64,000 nucleotides of DNA from Methylophilaceae bacterium (GTDB lineage: Bacteria; Pseudomonadota; Gammaproteobacteria; Burkholderiales; Methylophilaceae), in contig JAIXRI010000001.1 in NCBI GenBank assembly GCA_027485305.1, positions 12,231 to 76,230 of the forward strand, in the 5' to 3' direction. The stretch's first letter is position 1, and each line of letters opens with the position of its first letter. Made by a program: the position numbers and the translations under genes. The notes under the pieces are model-generated. The model did no database searches. It was not told where the DNA came from and saw only the letters and a program-made list of their open reading frames with translations. This document shows, in pieces, positions 1 to 9,330 of the stretch.

Positions 1-1
1 A

Positions 2-193
2 CTTTCTTATGCTGGGAATGGTCAAATCTTATGGGGAATCGCATTGCCATTTATCACGGCGACCCTAGCCGGGATGCTAGTCGGTCGATCGTTGCAAAGC
101 AAAATCCCAAGCCATATTAGCGTGCTGATTTTCGGCATCGTATCTCTAACTATCGCCGCCTCAATGCTAGTCAAAATAGTCTTCACTATCTAA
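2..193 (+). CDS. C-terminal fragment of a TSUP (TauE/SafE-like) membrane protein; 5' end lies outside the window
   Basis: Frame 2 is open from the window edge to TAA at 191-193. The translation ...LAGMLVGRSLQSKIPSHISVLIFGIVSLTIAASMLVKIVFTI is a hydrophobic TM tail typical of TSUP C-termini. It is absent from the ORF track because it has no start codon. Confidence 0.5.
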   Translation, partial: LSYAGNGQILWGIALPFITATLAGMLVGRSLQSKIPSHISVLIFGIVSLTIAASMLVKIVFTI

Positions 194-294
194 CTTACAA
201 TCTTATTTTATAACCATAAAGAATATAGTAATTCATATTCATTATTAAATACAAATAAAGAAGTCTGATAAATTACGCATAACCTTTTAGTTAG

Positions 295-1140
295 ATGCGG
301 CAATTGATGGCAAAAAAACATAACAACGTGCTCCCAGGATTTAACCTGTCTTTGGGATTCACTATCTTTTATTTAAGCTTGATTGTGCTCATCCCACTAT
401 CTGCAGCTTTCATTAAAACCAGCTCATTAAGTCTGCACGAATTTTGGATAGCGGTTGCTTCACCAAGAGTTGTTGCTTCTTACAAGCTAACCTTTGGCGC
501 ATCTCTTATTGGCGCTTCGATTAACGCTGTATTTGGCCTGCTCACTGCGTGGGTTCTCACACGCTACACATTCCCTGGAAAGCGGATTATTGATGCCCTG
601 GTAGATTTGCCTTTTGCATTGCCAACCGCGGTGGCGGGTATCGCATTAACGGCGATTTATGCGCCCAATGGCTGGATAGGTAGCTTGCTTGCACCGCACG
701 GCATTAAGGTGGCATTCACCCCAATTGGGGTAGTGATTGCTTTAACTTTTATAGGGCTGCCCTTTGTAGTTCGAACAGTTCAACCGGTATTGGAAGATTT
801 AGAAGCGGAAACTGAAGAAGCTGCCGCAAGTTTGGGCGCTAACCGCTGGCAAACCTTTACTAAGATTATTTTCCCGGCAATTGCACCAGCCCTGCTTACT
901 GGCTTTTCATTAGCCTTCGCACGTGCGATTGGCGAGTATGGCTCTGTGATCTTTATCGCGGGCAATATGCCGATGGTGTCTGAAATTACTCCGCTTATCA
1001 TCATCACCAAGTTAGAGCAGTATGACTACGCAGGCGCAACAGCGGTTGCCGTGGTCATGTTAATCATTTCATTCCTCTTATTACTTGCGATTAATGGCTT
1101 GCAATGGTGGAGCAGTCGCCGCAATGCAACAGCGATTTAA
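295..1140 (+). CDS. cysT: Sulfate/thiosulfate ABC transporter permease CysT
   Basis: 281-aa polytopic ABC permease with the CysT-like EAA region (EEAAASLGANRWQTF). First gene of a cysT-cysW-cysA run. An alternative ATG lies at 307. Confidence 0.9.
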   Translation: MRQLMAKKHNNVLPGFNLSLGFTIFYLSLIVLIPLSAAFIKTSSLSLHEFWIAVASPRVVASYKLTFGASLIGASINAVFGLLTAWVLTRYTFPGKRIIDALVDLPFALPTAVAGIALTAIYAPNGWIGSLLAPHGIKVAFTPIGVVIALTFIGLPFVVRTVQPVLEDLEAETEEAAASLGANRWQTFTKIIFPAIAPALLTGFSLAFARAIGEYGSVIFIAGNMPMVSEITPLIIITKLEQYDYAGATAVAVVMLIISFLLLLAINGLQWWSSRRNATAI

Positions 1141-1151
1141 GGATCAAACCC

Positions 1152-2042
1152 ATGTCAGGCATTAGTACCACACAGTTTTCAAAATACAGCGCAAAAGTCG
1201 CCAAAAGCCGTGCCACATCAGAGCCCGTTTGGGTTCGATGGGCACTGATCGCAACGACTTTACTATTTTTAAGCTTGTTTTTATTTATGCCGCTCGTGGC
1301 AGTTTTTACCGAGGCTTTACGAAAAGGCTTTGATACTTACCTATCAGCACTTTCTGATGCCGATGCATTATCCGCAATGAAGCTTACCTTTATTGCTGCG
1401 CTTATCGCTGTGCCGCTCAACCTGGTTTTTGGTGTTGCCGCTGCTTGGGCGATTGCTAAATTCGAGTTCAAAGGCAAAAGCATCCTCATCACTTTAATTG
1501 ACTTGCCTTTTGCTGTTTCACCGGTGATTGCTGGGTTGATTTACGTGCTGATTTTTGGCCTGCAAGGTTGGTTTGGCCAGTGGCTTTCAGACCATGATAT
1601 GAAAGTGATCTTCGCAATTCCGGGTATTGTATTAGCGACAATTTTTGTGACTTTCCCTTTTGTTGCGCGCGAGCTGATTCCACTCATGCAGGCTCAGGGC
1701 AAGGACGAGGAAGAGGCCGCTTTGGTTCTAGGCGCCTCCGGCTGGCAGATCTTGTGGCGCGTGACCTTACCTAACATTAAATGGGGCCTGCTCTACGGGG
1801 TGATTCTCACCAACGCACGTGCCATGGGTGAGTTTGGTGCGGTGTCTGTGGTATCAGGCCATATTCGCGGCATGACAAACACGCTGCCACTCCATGTCGA
1901 AATTTTGTATAACGAATACAACTACGCAGCAGCATTTGCGGTGGCATCCGTTTTAGCCTTATTGGCACTCGTGACTTTAGTGTTGAAATCTATCGTTGAG
2001 TGGTATGCCGCAAGAAGCGCGCGTGCTATCGAGCAAAATTAG
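1152..2042 (+). CDS. cysW: Sulfate/thiosulfate ABC transporter permease CysW
   Basis: Permease paralog with EEAALVLGASGWQ. ATG at 1152 is preceded by AAGGA. The track ORF start at 1104 overlaps the cysT end and is less likely. Confidence 0.9.
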   Translation: MSGISTTQFSKYSAKVAKSRATSEPVWVRWALIATTLLFLSLFLFMPLVAVFTEALRKGFDTYLSALSDADALSAMKLTFIAALIAVPLNLVFGVAAAWAIAKFEFKGKSILITLIDLPFAVSPVIAGLIYVLIFGLQGWFGQWLSDHDMKVIFAIPGIVLATIFVTFPFVARELIPLMQAQGKDEEEAALVLGASGWQILWRVTLPNIKWGLLYGVILTNARAMGEFGAVSVVSGHIRGMTNTLPLHVEILYNEYNYAAAFAVASVLALLALVTLVLKSIVEWYAARSARAIEQN

Positions 2043-2069
2043 TAGCAAAAATTAAAAGAGGGGATATTA

Positions 2070-3146
2070 ATGAGTATCGAAATCCGTAATGTGAAGAAGA
2101 ATTTTGGTGACTTTAGTGCGCTCAATGATGTGACATTGGATGTGCCAAGCGGCGAACTTGTTGCCCTGCTTGGCCCTTCTGGTTGCGGCAAAACGACGTT
2201 ACTGCGGATTATCGCCGGCCTAGAATCCCCTGATGCTGGCAGCATTCATTTCCATGGCAAGGACACCACGGAACGGGATGTGCGGGAACGCCAAGTAGGC
2301 TTTGTGTTTCAACACTACGCCCTCTTCCGTCACATGACAGTATTTGAAAACGTCGCATTTGGTTTGCGTGTGCGCCCAAAAGAAACACGCCCTAGTGATA
2401 CAGAAATTAAACGCCGCGTGCATGAGTTACTTGAACTTGTGCAATTGGACTGGCTTGGGAATCGTTACCCACCTCAACTTTCAGGCGGCCAACGCCAACG
2501 TATTGCGCTTGCTCGCGCCTTAGCCGTTGAGCCAAAAGTGTTGTTACTCGATGAGCCATTTGGCGCACTAGATGCAAAGGTGCGTAAAGAGCTTCGCCGC
2601 TGGCTTCGCCGCTTGCATGACGAGCTACATATCACCAGCGTATTTGTAACGCATGACCAGGAAGAAGCATTAGAAGTGGCTGACCGCATCGTTGTGATGA
2701 ATAAAGGCAAGGTTGAACAAATTGGCACACCGCAAGAAGTGTATGACAAACCAGCAACAGCCTATGTCTACAACTTCTTGGGGCATGTGAATCAATTTAA
2801 TAGCCAGGTACTAAAAGGCGAAGCAAGCATAGGCGACTTGAGTATCAAGCTTGAAAAAGAAAACCAGCAGGCAGATGGCGCGGCACTGGCTTTCATTCGT
2901 CCGCATGACATTGATGTACAAAGAATCAAAAAATCCACTGCGCCTGCCTTTGAAGCCACAGTGAATTACATTCACGCAATCGGCCCGCTAGTAAGACTTG
3001 AACTACAACAACTGGGCCAAGATACGATTATCGAAGCTGAACTCACCCAAGAACGCTTCCGCGAGCTTGCCTTAAATACTGGAGAACAGGTATTTATCTA
3101 TCCACGCAACGTGCGTGTTTTTGTAGACAACACCGCATCAGCTTAA
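2070..3146 (+). CDS. cysA: Sulfate/thiosulfate import ATP-binding protein CysA
   Basis: Walker [10 protein letters not shown], signature LSGGQRQR, Walker B LLLDEPF, and a C-terminal TOBE-like regulatory domain. RBS AGAGGGG lies upstream. Confidence 0.93.
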   Translation: MSIEIRNVKKNFGDFSALNDVTLDVPSGELVALLGPSGCGKTTLLRIIAGLESPDAGSIHFHGKDTTERDVRERQVGFVFQHYALFRHMTVFENVAFGLRVRPKETRPSDTEIKRRVHELLELVQLDWLGNRYPPQLSGGQRQRIALARALAVEPKVLLLDEPFGALDAKVRKELRRWLRRLHDELHITSVFVTHDQEEALEVADRIVVMNKGKVEQIGTPQEVYDKPATAYVYNFLGHVNQFNSQVLKGEASIGDLSIKLEKENQQADGAALAFIRPHDIDVQRIKKSTAPAFEATVNYIHAIGPLVRLELQQLGQDTIIEAELTQERFRELALNTGEQVFIYPRNVRVFVDNTASA

Positions 3147-3174
3147 AACAATCCACCTCCTGAAATCCATTTAT

Positions 3175-3215
3175 CCCCTGCACGCCATCAAGACGATAGC
3201 GTGCAGGGGGCTTTG
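3175..3215 (+). terminator. Candidate intrinsic terminator after cysA
   Basis: 11-bp GC-rich stem CCCCTGCACGC (3175-3185) / GCGTGCAGGGG (3199-3209) followed by a weak T tract (GCTTTG). Confidence 0.5.
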
Positions 3216-3251
3216 CGACTAAAATAGTGTTAACTCACTCGATAAGATGCT

Positions 3252-4235
3252 ATGTTCGATTTTTTTAAAAAAGATAAAACGCCTGAAGCGCCAACCAAGG
3301 CCGAAGCACCAGCAGAATCATCATCAAAAGCTAGCTGGGCAGAACGTCTTAAACAAGGGCTTTCACGCACACGTAGCCAACTAGGGAATCAACTCGCTAG
3401 CTTATTCGGCGGCGGCAAAATTGATGCGGACGTTTACGAAGAACTCGAAACTATCCTACTCACCTCAGACGTTGGCATTTCAGCCACACAAGCCTTACTT
3501 GACGACATCAAACAACGCGTTGCGCACCAAGCTCTTAGCGATACTACACAGCTCAAAGCGGCACTTAAAGAATCACTCATGGCTTTATTAGCGCCATTAG
3601 AAAAACCGCTCGACACCACTGAACACCAACCATTTGTAATTATGCTCACAGGCGTAAATGGTGCTGGAAAAACCACTACCATCGGCAAACTCACCCATTT
3701 ATTCCAAGCGGAGGGCAAATCTGTACTGATTGCCGCTGGCGATACTTTTAGAGCAGCGGCTCGCGAACAGCTCCAAGCTTGGGGCGAACGTAACGATGTG
3801 CATGTGGTCTCAAGTGATGGCGGCGATGCCGCAGCTGTGATTTTCGATGCGATTAATTCAGCTAAAGCTAAAGGCATTGATATTGTCTTGGCCGATACCG
3901 CTGGCCGATTGCCAACGCAGCTTAATTTGATGGAAGAAATCAGCAAAGTGAAACGTGTCATCAATAAGGCGCTGCCTGGCGCACCCCACGAAATACTCCT
4001 CGTGCTGGATGCCAACACAGGTCAAAATGCTGTGATGCAAGTTAAAGCGTTTGACTATGCACTCGGCGTCACAGGCTTGGTATTGAGCAAACTAGATGGC
4101 ACTGCCAAGGGCGGAGTCATTGCAGCCATCGCACAAACCAGACCTATCCCCATTCGATTTATCGGCGTGGGCGAATCGATTGAAGATTTACGCCATTTTA
4201 AAGCAGGCGAATTTGTAGAGGCATTATTTGAATGA
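3252..4235 (+). CDS. ftsY: Signal recognition particle receptor FtsY
   Basis: SRP GTPase NG domain with GVNGAGKTTTIGKL, DTAGR and LSKLDGTAKGG. Short acidic/Ala-rich N-terminus. Confidence 0.95.
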   Translation: MFDFFKKDKTPEAPTKAEAPAESSSKASWAERLKQGLSRTRSQLGNQLASLFGGGKIDADVYEELETILLTSDVGISATQALLDDIKQRVAHQALSDTTQLKAALKESLMALLAPLEKPLDTTEHQPFVIMLTGVNGAGKTTTIGKLTHLFQAEGKSVLIAAGDTFRAAAREQLQAWGERNDVHVVSSDGGDAAAVIFDAINSAKAKGIDIVLADTAGRLPTQLNLMEEISKVKRVINKALPGAPHEILLVLDANTGQNAVMQVKAFDYALGVTGLVLSKLDGTAKGGVIAAIAQTRPIPIRFIGVGESIEDLRHFKAGEFVEALFE

Positions 4236-4897
4236 TTAAATTCGACCGAGTGAGCAAACGCTATCCAGGTAGCTTTGATGCCATTAAAAACATCTCATTT
4301 GAAATGAATCAAGGTGACTTAGTATTTGTCACAGGCGCCTCAGGCGCAGGTAAGAGCACACTGCTCAAATTGATTGCAGGACTTGAGCGCCCGACTTCTG
4401 GCACAGTATTGATTAACAACCAAAACGTTAGCCAGTTAAAAGCGGCCGCGATTCCTTATTTACGACGTAACTTTGGATTGATTTTCCAAGACCACAAATT
4501 ACTTTATGACCGCAACTGCTTTGAAAACGTTGCTTTGCCATTACACATCAATGGCATTTTGGGTGAAGAGGCAGCAAAACGTATTCGTGCAGCACTAGAC
4601 AAAGTTGGCTTACTTTCAAAAGAAAAGTCCATGCCGATTGCGCTTTCCGGTGGCGAACAGCAACGCTTGGCGATTGCTCGCGCAGTAGTGAGCCGCCCAG
4701 CAATTTTGATTGCAGATGAGCCAACAGGCAATTTGGATGAAGGTTATGCAGCCGATATTTTGGGTTTTCTATACGCATTCCAACAAGTGGGCGTGACCGT
4801 CATTATCGCGAGCCACGAGCTACCGCACAACATTCCCGATAATATGCAAAATGTCGTCAAAGTACTGCGCTTGCAACATGGAGAATTAACAGCATGA
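4232..4897 (+). CDS. ftsE: Cell division ATP-binding protein FtsE
   Basis: GASGAGKST, LSGGEQQR, ILIADEPTGNLD. 4-nt overlap with ftsY and with ftsX. Confidence 0.95.
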   Translation: MIKFDRVSKRYPGSFDAIKNISFEMNQGDLVFVTGASGAGKSTLLKLIAGLERPTSGTVLINNQNVSQLKAAAIPYLRRNFGLIFQDHKLLYDRNCFENVALPLHINGILGEEAAKRIRAALDKVGLLSKEKSMPIALSGGEQQRLAIARAVVSRPAILIADEPTGNLDEGYAADILGFLYAFQQVGVTVIIASHELPHNIPDNMQNVVKVLRLQHGELTA

Positions 4898-5802
4898 ACC
4901 AATGGCTAAACCAACAAATTCAGCCGGTGCAAATGGTGCTTGACCGCATGCGTCAAAATCTACTCGGCACCGTTTTAATGTGCTGCGTGATGGGCGTGAC
5001 GCTTTCACTACCTGCGATTTTATTCACCATTATCGATAATCTAGGTCAAGTCGCTGGTAGCGTAGAAAGCAAACCAAAATTGAGTTTATTTTTAAAACTG
5101 GATGCTTCTAGCAGCAGAAAACAAGCGATTAGCGAACAGTTAAAAAAACATCCTGACATCGCCAAATATGAATTTGTGAGCAAGGAAATTGCTTGGGAGC
5201 AGCTGCAACAAGATGCCAATACAGCCGACATCAGCGCAAGCCTGAATAAAAATCCGCTGCCAGATGCTTATTTCGTGACGCCTAAAGACATCAAACCAGA
5301 TAACGTACAACGCTTGCAACAAGAGATGCAGCAATGGGACGGGGTGGAGTTAGCGCAAATGGATGCCAACTGGATTAAGCGTTTAGACACCGTGCTCAAG
5401 TTGGGTAAAAAAGCGATTTTTGTTCTGGTTGTGCTGCTTGGCTTTGCTTTGGTCGCAATTATTGGCAACACCATCCGCCTGCAAATCATGACACAGCTTG
5501 AAGAAATTGAGGTCAGCAAACTCATCGGCGCAACCAACCAATTTATTCGCCGCCCATTTTTATACGCTGGTACATTGTATGGTCTTGGTGGCGGCTTAGC
5601 TGCTTGGCTGATCGTGCTAGCCGTTGTGCAACTGTTTAATACATCAGTAAAGGAAATTGCAGATTTATATGCCAGTCAATTTAGACTTAGCATGCCAAGC
5701 GCGATGGTTACCATCGCAATGTTACTCATTGCGGTTGGATTGGGTTGGGTAGGTTCGTTTGTCGCCGTTAATCGCTCATTAGCTAAGATTGAAAAACTAT
5801 AA
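4894..5802 (+). CDS. ftsX: Cell division permease-like protein FtsX
   Basis: 302 aa with the FtsX topology (one N-terminal TM, a periplasmic domain, three C-terminal TMs). Translationally coupled to ftsE. Confidence 0.92.
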   Translation: MNQWLNQQIQPVQMVLDRMRQNLLGTVLMCCVMGVTLSLPAILFTIIDNLGQVAGSVESKPKLSLFLKLDASSSRKQAISEQLKKHPDIAKYEFVSKEIAWEQLQQDANTADISASLNKNPLPDAYFVTPKDIKPDNVQRLQQEMQQWDGVELAQMDANWIKRLDTVLKLGKKAIFVLVVLLGFALVAIIGNTIRLQIMTQLEEIEVSKLIGATNQFIRRPFLYAGTLYGLGGGLAAWLIVLAVVQLFNTSVKEIADLYASQFRLSMPSAMVTIAMLLIAVGLGWVGSFVAVNRSLAKIEKL

Positions 5803-5828
5803 TTCAGTCTCATTAATCGAAGCAATCA

Positions 5829-6728
5829 ATGAAACTGCCTTGGACAACTCGTGCGCAAAAAATTGTAGCGCTTAATGCCAATCTAGGCTCGGTAGCGCAT
5901 GGTTTTTACTTGCCGCCTGTTGGCGATGCTCACCTCAATATTCGGATTAGTCGCAACACCAGCATTGCGATTGCTATTTCAATACTGATCCACGCGGTGA
6001 TTTTATTTTTTGTATTGCCGCAGATCATCAAACCCAACAGCGTTTTTCCGCCACCACAGGCGCTGACCATTACACTCAATAAACCTCAACCACAAAAATT
6101 GGCGGAGCCTGCACCTGCAAAACTCGAACCACCAAAGCCAGAACCCAAGCAAAAAAAGGTGGTTAAAAAAGAAGTGCCAACGCCGCCGGTGATGGCAACC
6201 CAGAAACCACAAAGCAACAATCAGTTTCAGGTGCCGATTAAACAACCGGAGACACATAAACCAACACCAGCAGATCAACCCGTTGACATGATGGCGCTGG
6301 TGAATGCAAACCGTCAGCGCAGACAAGCGGAGGAACAAGCCGCAACAGCCAAAGAGCGTGGCACGCCAAATGAAGACCAAAGAGATGCGATAATTAAGCG
6401 CAACTTAGCGCAAGACGGAACCAATGGGATTTTTCAAATTCGTGAAGTAGGGTTGCATACTGCGCAATTTAGCTTCAAAGGCTGGAAGAATAATTACAAC
6501 AATGCGCGGCTAGAAATATTTGATGTACAAGCTAGGCCACATGAAACAATTGAGCTTGCTATCGTCAGACGGATGATATTGATTATTCGCAAGGACTACA
6601 GCGGCGACTTTGAGTGGGAGTCACAACGCCAAGGCCGCACTATTACCAAATCCGCCAGAATAGAAGACACTGCTGAATTAGAGCAATTCTTATTGCGCGA
6701 GATGTTTCCTAATCACGGCTTCAGATAA
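5829..6728 (+). CDS. Hypothetical bitopic membrane protein with a proline-rich spacer (TonB-like architecture, non-canonical C-terminal domain)
   Basis: One TM (IAIAISILIHAVILFFVL), then a P/K/E/Q-rich linker (PQPQKLAEPAPAKLEPPKPEPKQKK...), then a ~110-aa C-terminal domain that I cannot match to the TonB C-terminal signature. Confidence 0.6.
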   Translation: MKLPWTTRAQKIVALNANLGSVAHGFYLPPVGDAHLNIRISRNTSIAIAISILIHAVILFFVLPQIIKPNSVFPPPQALTITLNKPQPQKLAEPAPAKLEPPKPEPKQKKVVKKEVPTPPVMATQKPQSNNQFQVPIKQPETHKPTPADQPVDMMALVNANRQRRQAEEQAATAKERGTPNEDQRDAIIKRNLAQDGTNGIFQIREVGLHTAQFSFKGWKNNYNNARLEIFDVQARPHETIELAIVRRMILIIRKDYSGDFEWESQRQGRTITKSARIEDTAELEQFLLREMFPNHGFR

Positions 6729-6730
6729 AT

Positions 6731-7999
6731 TTAGGCTTTGCTAAAAGCCAGCGCAGTCAGTGTAATCAGCGCAGCACCAGATAAGTAAAAACCCACGTAG
6801 CTCAAGCCGTAATTCCCCGCAAGCCAAGTGGCAATAAACGGCGCGAACGAAGCGCCTAAAATGCCCGCAAAGTTAAATGTGAGCGATGCACCTGTGTAGC
6901 GGACTTCGGTCGGGAATAACTCAGAAAGCATGGTGCCGAGCGGGCCATAAGTCATCCCCATCAAGCCTAGTCCTAAGCACAAAAAAAGCGTGATTTTAAC
7001 CACATCACCAGAGCCAAACATTGGCGCCATCAATAGACCAAAAGCAGCAATAGCAAGCGAAGCGATCATCAATACTCCTTTACGGCTAAATTTATCCGCA
7101 AGCAGCGCTGAAATTGGAATGGCTAAACCAAAGAATAAAACAGCAAAAAGCTGAATCAACAAAAATTCACGGCGCGAAAATCCCAAGCTAGTGGTCGCCC
7201 AACTTAAGGTGAATACCGTCATCAAGTAAAACAACACGAAAGTCGCTAAGGCAATAAAAGTGCCAATTAACAAATGACGACGATGCTCTTTAAATAAGGT
7301 AATCACTGGCACTTTGACACGCTTATTCGATTTAAGTGATTCTAAAAAAGCTGGCGTTTCTGTGATATTAAGTCTTACATACAAGCCAACCAATACCAGC
7401 AAAGTGCTCGCTAAAAATGGGATGCGCCAGCCAAAATCAAAAAACTGTTCATTCGTGAGGCTATCGCTAAGCAGCAAGAAAATACCGCCTGACATCAAAA
7501 AGCCAATCGGCGCGCCAAGTTGTGGGAACATACCATACCAAGCACGTTTATTAGGCGGTGCATTTTCAGTAGCAAGCAATACTGCCCCGCCCCATTCACC
7601 ACCCAAACCCAAGCCTTGCCCAAAGCGACACAGCGTCAACAAAATTGGCGCGGCAATACCGATGCTGGCATAAGTTGGCAGTAGGCCAATAGCCACAGTT
7701 GACAAACCCATGGTCATCAGCGCAGCCACCAAAGTCGCTTTGCGCCCTACTCTATCGCCAAAATGACCAAACAAAGCCGAGCCTAAAGGACGCGCAAAGA
7801 AGGCAATCGCAAACGTTGCGAGCGACTGCAACATCGCATTAGTCGCATTCGATGATGGGAAAAATAAAGCAGGAAACACCAAGACTGCGGCATTGGCATA
7901 AATATAAAAATCAAAGAACTCAATTGTTGTGCCGACCAAACTCCCGAGCAGAATTTTTCCTTGGGAATTTGTTTGTACCAAAGTCTCTTTTTGTTTCAT
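6731..7999 (-). CDS. MFS transporter, metabolite:H+ symporter (MHS) family
   Basis: 422 aa, about 12 TM. N-terminal GTTIEFFDFYIYANAAVLVF and GHFGDRVGRK motifs are typical of ProP/KgtP/ShiA-type MHS carriers. Substrate unknown. Confidence 0.85.
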   Translation of the reverse strand: MKQKETLVQTNSQGKILLGSLVGTTIEFFDFYIYANAAVLVFPALFFPSSNATNAMLQSLATFAIAFFARPLGSALFGHFGDRVGRKATLVAALMTMGLSTVAIGLLPTYASIGIAAPILLTLCRFGQGLGLGGEWGGAVLLATENAPPNKRAWYGMFPQLGAPIGFLMSGGIFLLLSDSLTNEQFFDFGWRIPFLASTLLVLVGLYVRLNITETPAFLESLKSNKRVKVPVITLFKEHRRHLLIGTFIALATFVLFYLMTVFTLSWATTSLGFSRREFLLIQLFAVLFFGLAIPISALLADKFSRKGVLMIASLAIAAFGLLMAPMFGSGDVVKITLFLCLGLGLMGMTYGPLGTMLSELFPTEVRYTGASLTFNFAGILGASFAPFIATWLAGNYGLSYVGFYLSGAALITLTALAFSKA

Positions 8000-8073
8000 T
8001 TTTGATCAGTCTCATGAGGTTTTTTTTAAGATTGTACCCGATAGGCGTGACAACCCCTGCCGCAGAATTAAGT

Positions 8074-8101
8074 GGAACTTATAAAGGCTAGCACTCTCTT
8101 A
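8074..8101 (+). promoter_or_regulatory. Candidate sigma-E (sigma-24) type promoter upstream of rpoH
   Basis: GGAACTT (8074-8080), a 16-nt spacer, then TCTTA (8097-8101). This resembles the GGAACTT-N16-TCnaA consensus known for E. coli rpoH P3. Confidence 0.35.
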
Positions 8102-8124
8102 TGTAGAGTGCTAAAATTAACACC

Positions 8125-9003
8125 ATGAAGAAAGACGAATCTATGACAAACGCATTGAGTTTACCGATTCCATCAGCTTTAGATAGCTTGGATCAATACA
8201 TGCGCACAATCAAAGCTTTCCCTGTGTTAACCGCAGAGGAAGAAATGAACTATGCAACACGTCTCAAGAACAATAATGACCTGGAAGCAGCAAAAGCGCT
8301 CATCGTTTCACACCTTCGATTAGTGGCAAGCATCGCTCGCGGTTATTCCGGCTATGGCTTACCTCAAGCGGATTTAATTCAAGAGGGCAATATTGGCCTA
8401 ATGAAAGCAGTAAAGCGCTTTGATCCGACACGCGGTGTTCGCTTGGTTTCTTTTGCGATGCACTGGATTAAAGCCGAAATACACGAATATATTATACGTA
8501 ACTGGCGCTTGGTTAAAGTGGCGACAACTAAAGCGCAACGTAAACTATTCTTTAATTTACGTAGCATGAAAACTGGGCTTGGGAGTCTACAGCCAGACGA
8601 AGTTGCTAATATTGCGCGTGAGCTTAAGGTAAAACCTGAAGAAGTGCTGGAAATGGAGTCTCGTTTTAATAATCACGAAATTTCGCTTGAAGGCAATAGT
8701 GATGACGATAGCGAAGATACTTTTAGTCCAATTGCATATTTAGAAGATGAGCAACCAGAGCCTTCTGAAATGCTTTCAGCCATTGAGCAAGAGCATTTGC
8801 AAACAACAGGTCTAGCAAGTGCGCTCGCAAGCCTTGATGAGCGAAGCCGCCGAATTGTTGAAGCCCGCTGGTTAACGCAAGACAGCAGTTCAACGTTGCA
8901 TGATTTAGCTGCGGAATTCGGTGTTTCTGCGGAGCGTATTCGCCAAATTGAACAAAAGGCGATGGAAAAAATGAAAGTCGCTTTAGCTGCGCATACGCAT
9001 TAA
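8125..9003 (+). CDS. rpoH: RNA polymerase sigma-32 heat-shock factor RpoH
   Basis: Sigma-70 family regions 2-4 plus the diagnostic RpoH box (QRKLFFNLRSMK). An alternative ATG lies at 8143. Confidence 0.95.
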   Translation: MKKDESMTNALSLPIPSALDSLDQYMRTIKAFPVLTAEEEMNYATRLKNNNDLEAAKALIVSHLRLVASIARGYSGYGLPQADLIQEGNIGLMKAVKRFDPTRGVRLVSFAMHWIKAEIHEYIIRNWRLVKVATTKAQRKLFFNLRSMKTGLGSLQPDEVANIARELKVKPEEVLEMESRFNNHEISLEGNSDDDSEDTFSPIAYLEDEQPEPSEMLSAIEQEHLQTTGLASALASLDERSRRIVEARWLTQDSSSTLHDLAAEFGVSAERIRQIEQKAMEKMKVALAAHTH

Positions 9004-9016
9004 AAAATGAGAGCAA

Positions 9017-9046
9017 TAAAAAAGCTGCCTAGGCAGCTTTTTTATT
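9017..9046. terminator. Bidirectional intrinsic terminator after rpoH
   Basis: Perfect palindrome AGCTGCCTAGGCAGCT (9023-9038), flanked by an A run on the left and a T run on the right. Confidence 0.75.
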
Positions 9047-9330
9047 GCTTGGGAAGCTCATGTCTATGTCTTATTAGAGCAGGCTAGACCTTATTTCTAT
9101 CAATCTTTTAGTGAAAAAAGATCACTGATAATGCACTCAACCAAGAAAATGTAATTAATCCAACGATGATTGTTAATGGCAAATTTTCAAATGTGAAATA
9201 TTGTTTCATACTGAGCCCGTTTAAATAAAAATGAATGATTAAGTGCTAAACAATCTAAAACATTAGTTTATAAGTATAGGCCACACAGTTCAATATAAAG
9301 ATGTCAGCAGAGGCTTTTATTTAGGATTTG

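Noticed and set aside
3434-4018. 194-aa ORF antisense to ftsY. Similar long antisense ORFs occur at 6003-6380, 7314-7673, 23492-23923, 48394-48942, 50591-51028 and 55456-55821.
   Set aside because: Each lies entirely inside, and opposite to, a gene with unmistakable family motifs. The translations are low-complexity (Ser/Ala/Arg/Cys-rich), have no RBS and match no family I recognise. These are typical shadow ORFs.
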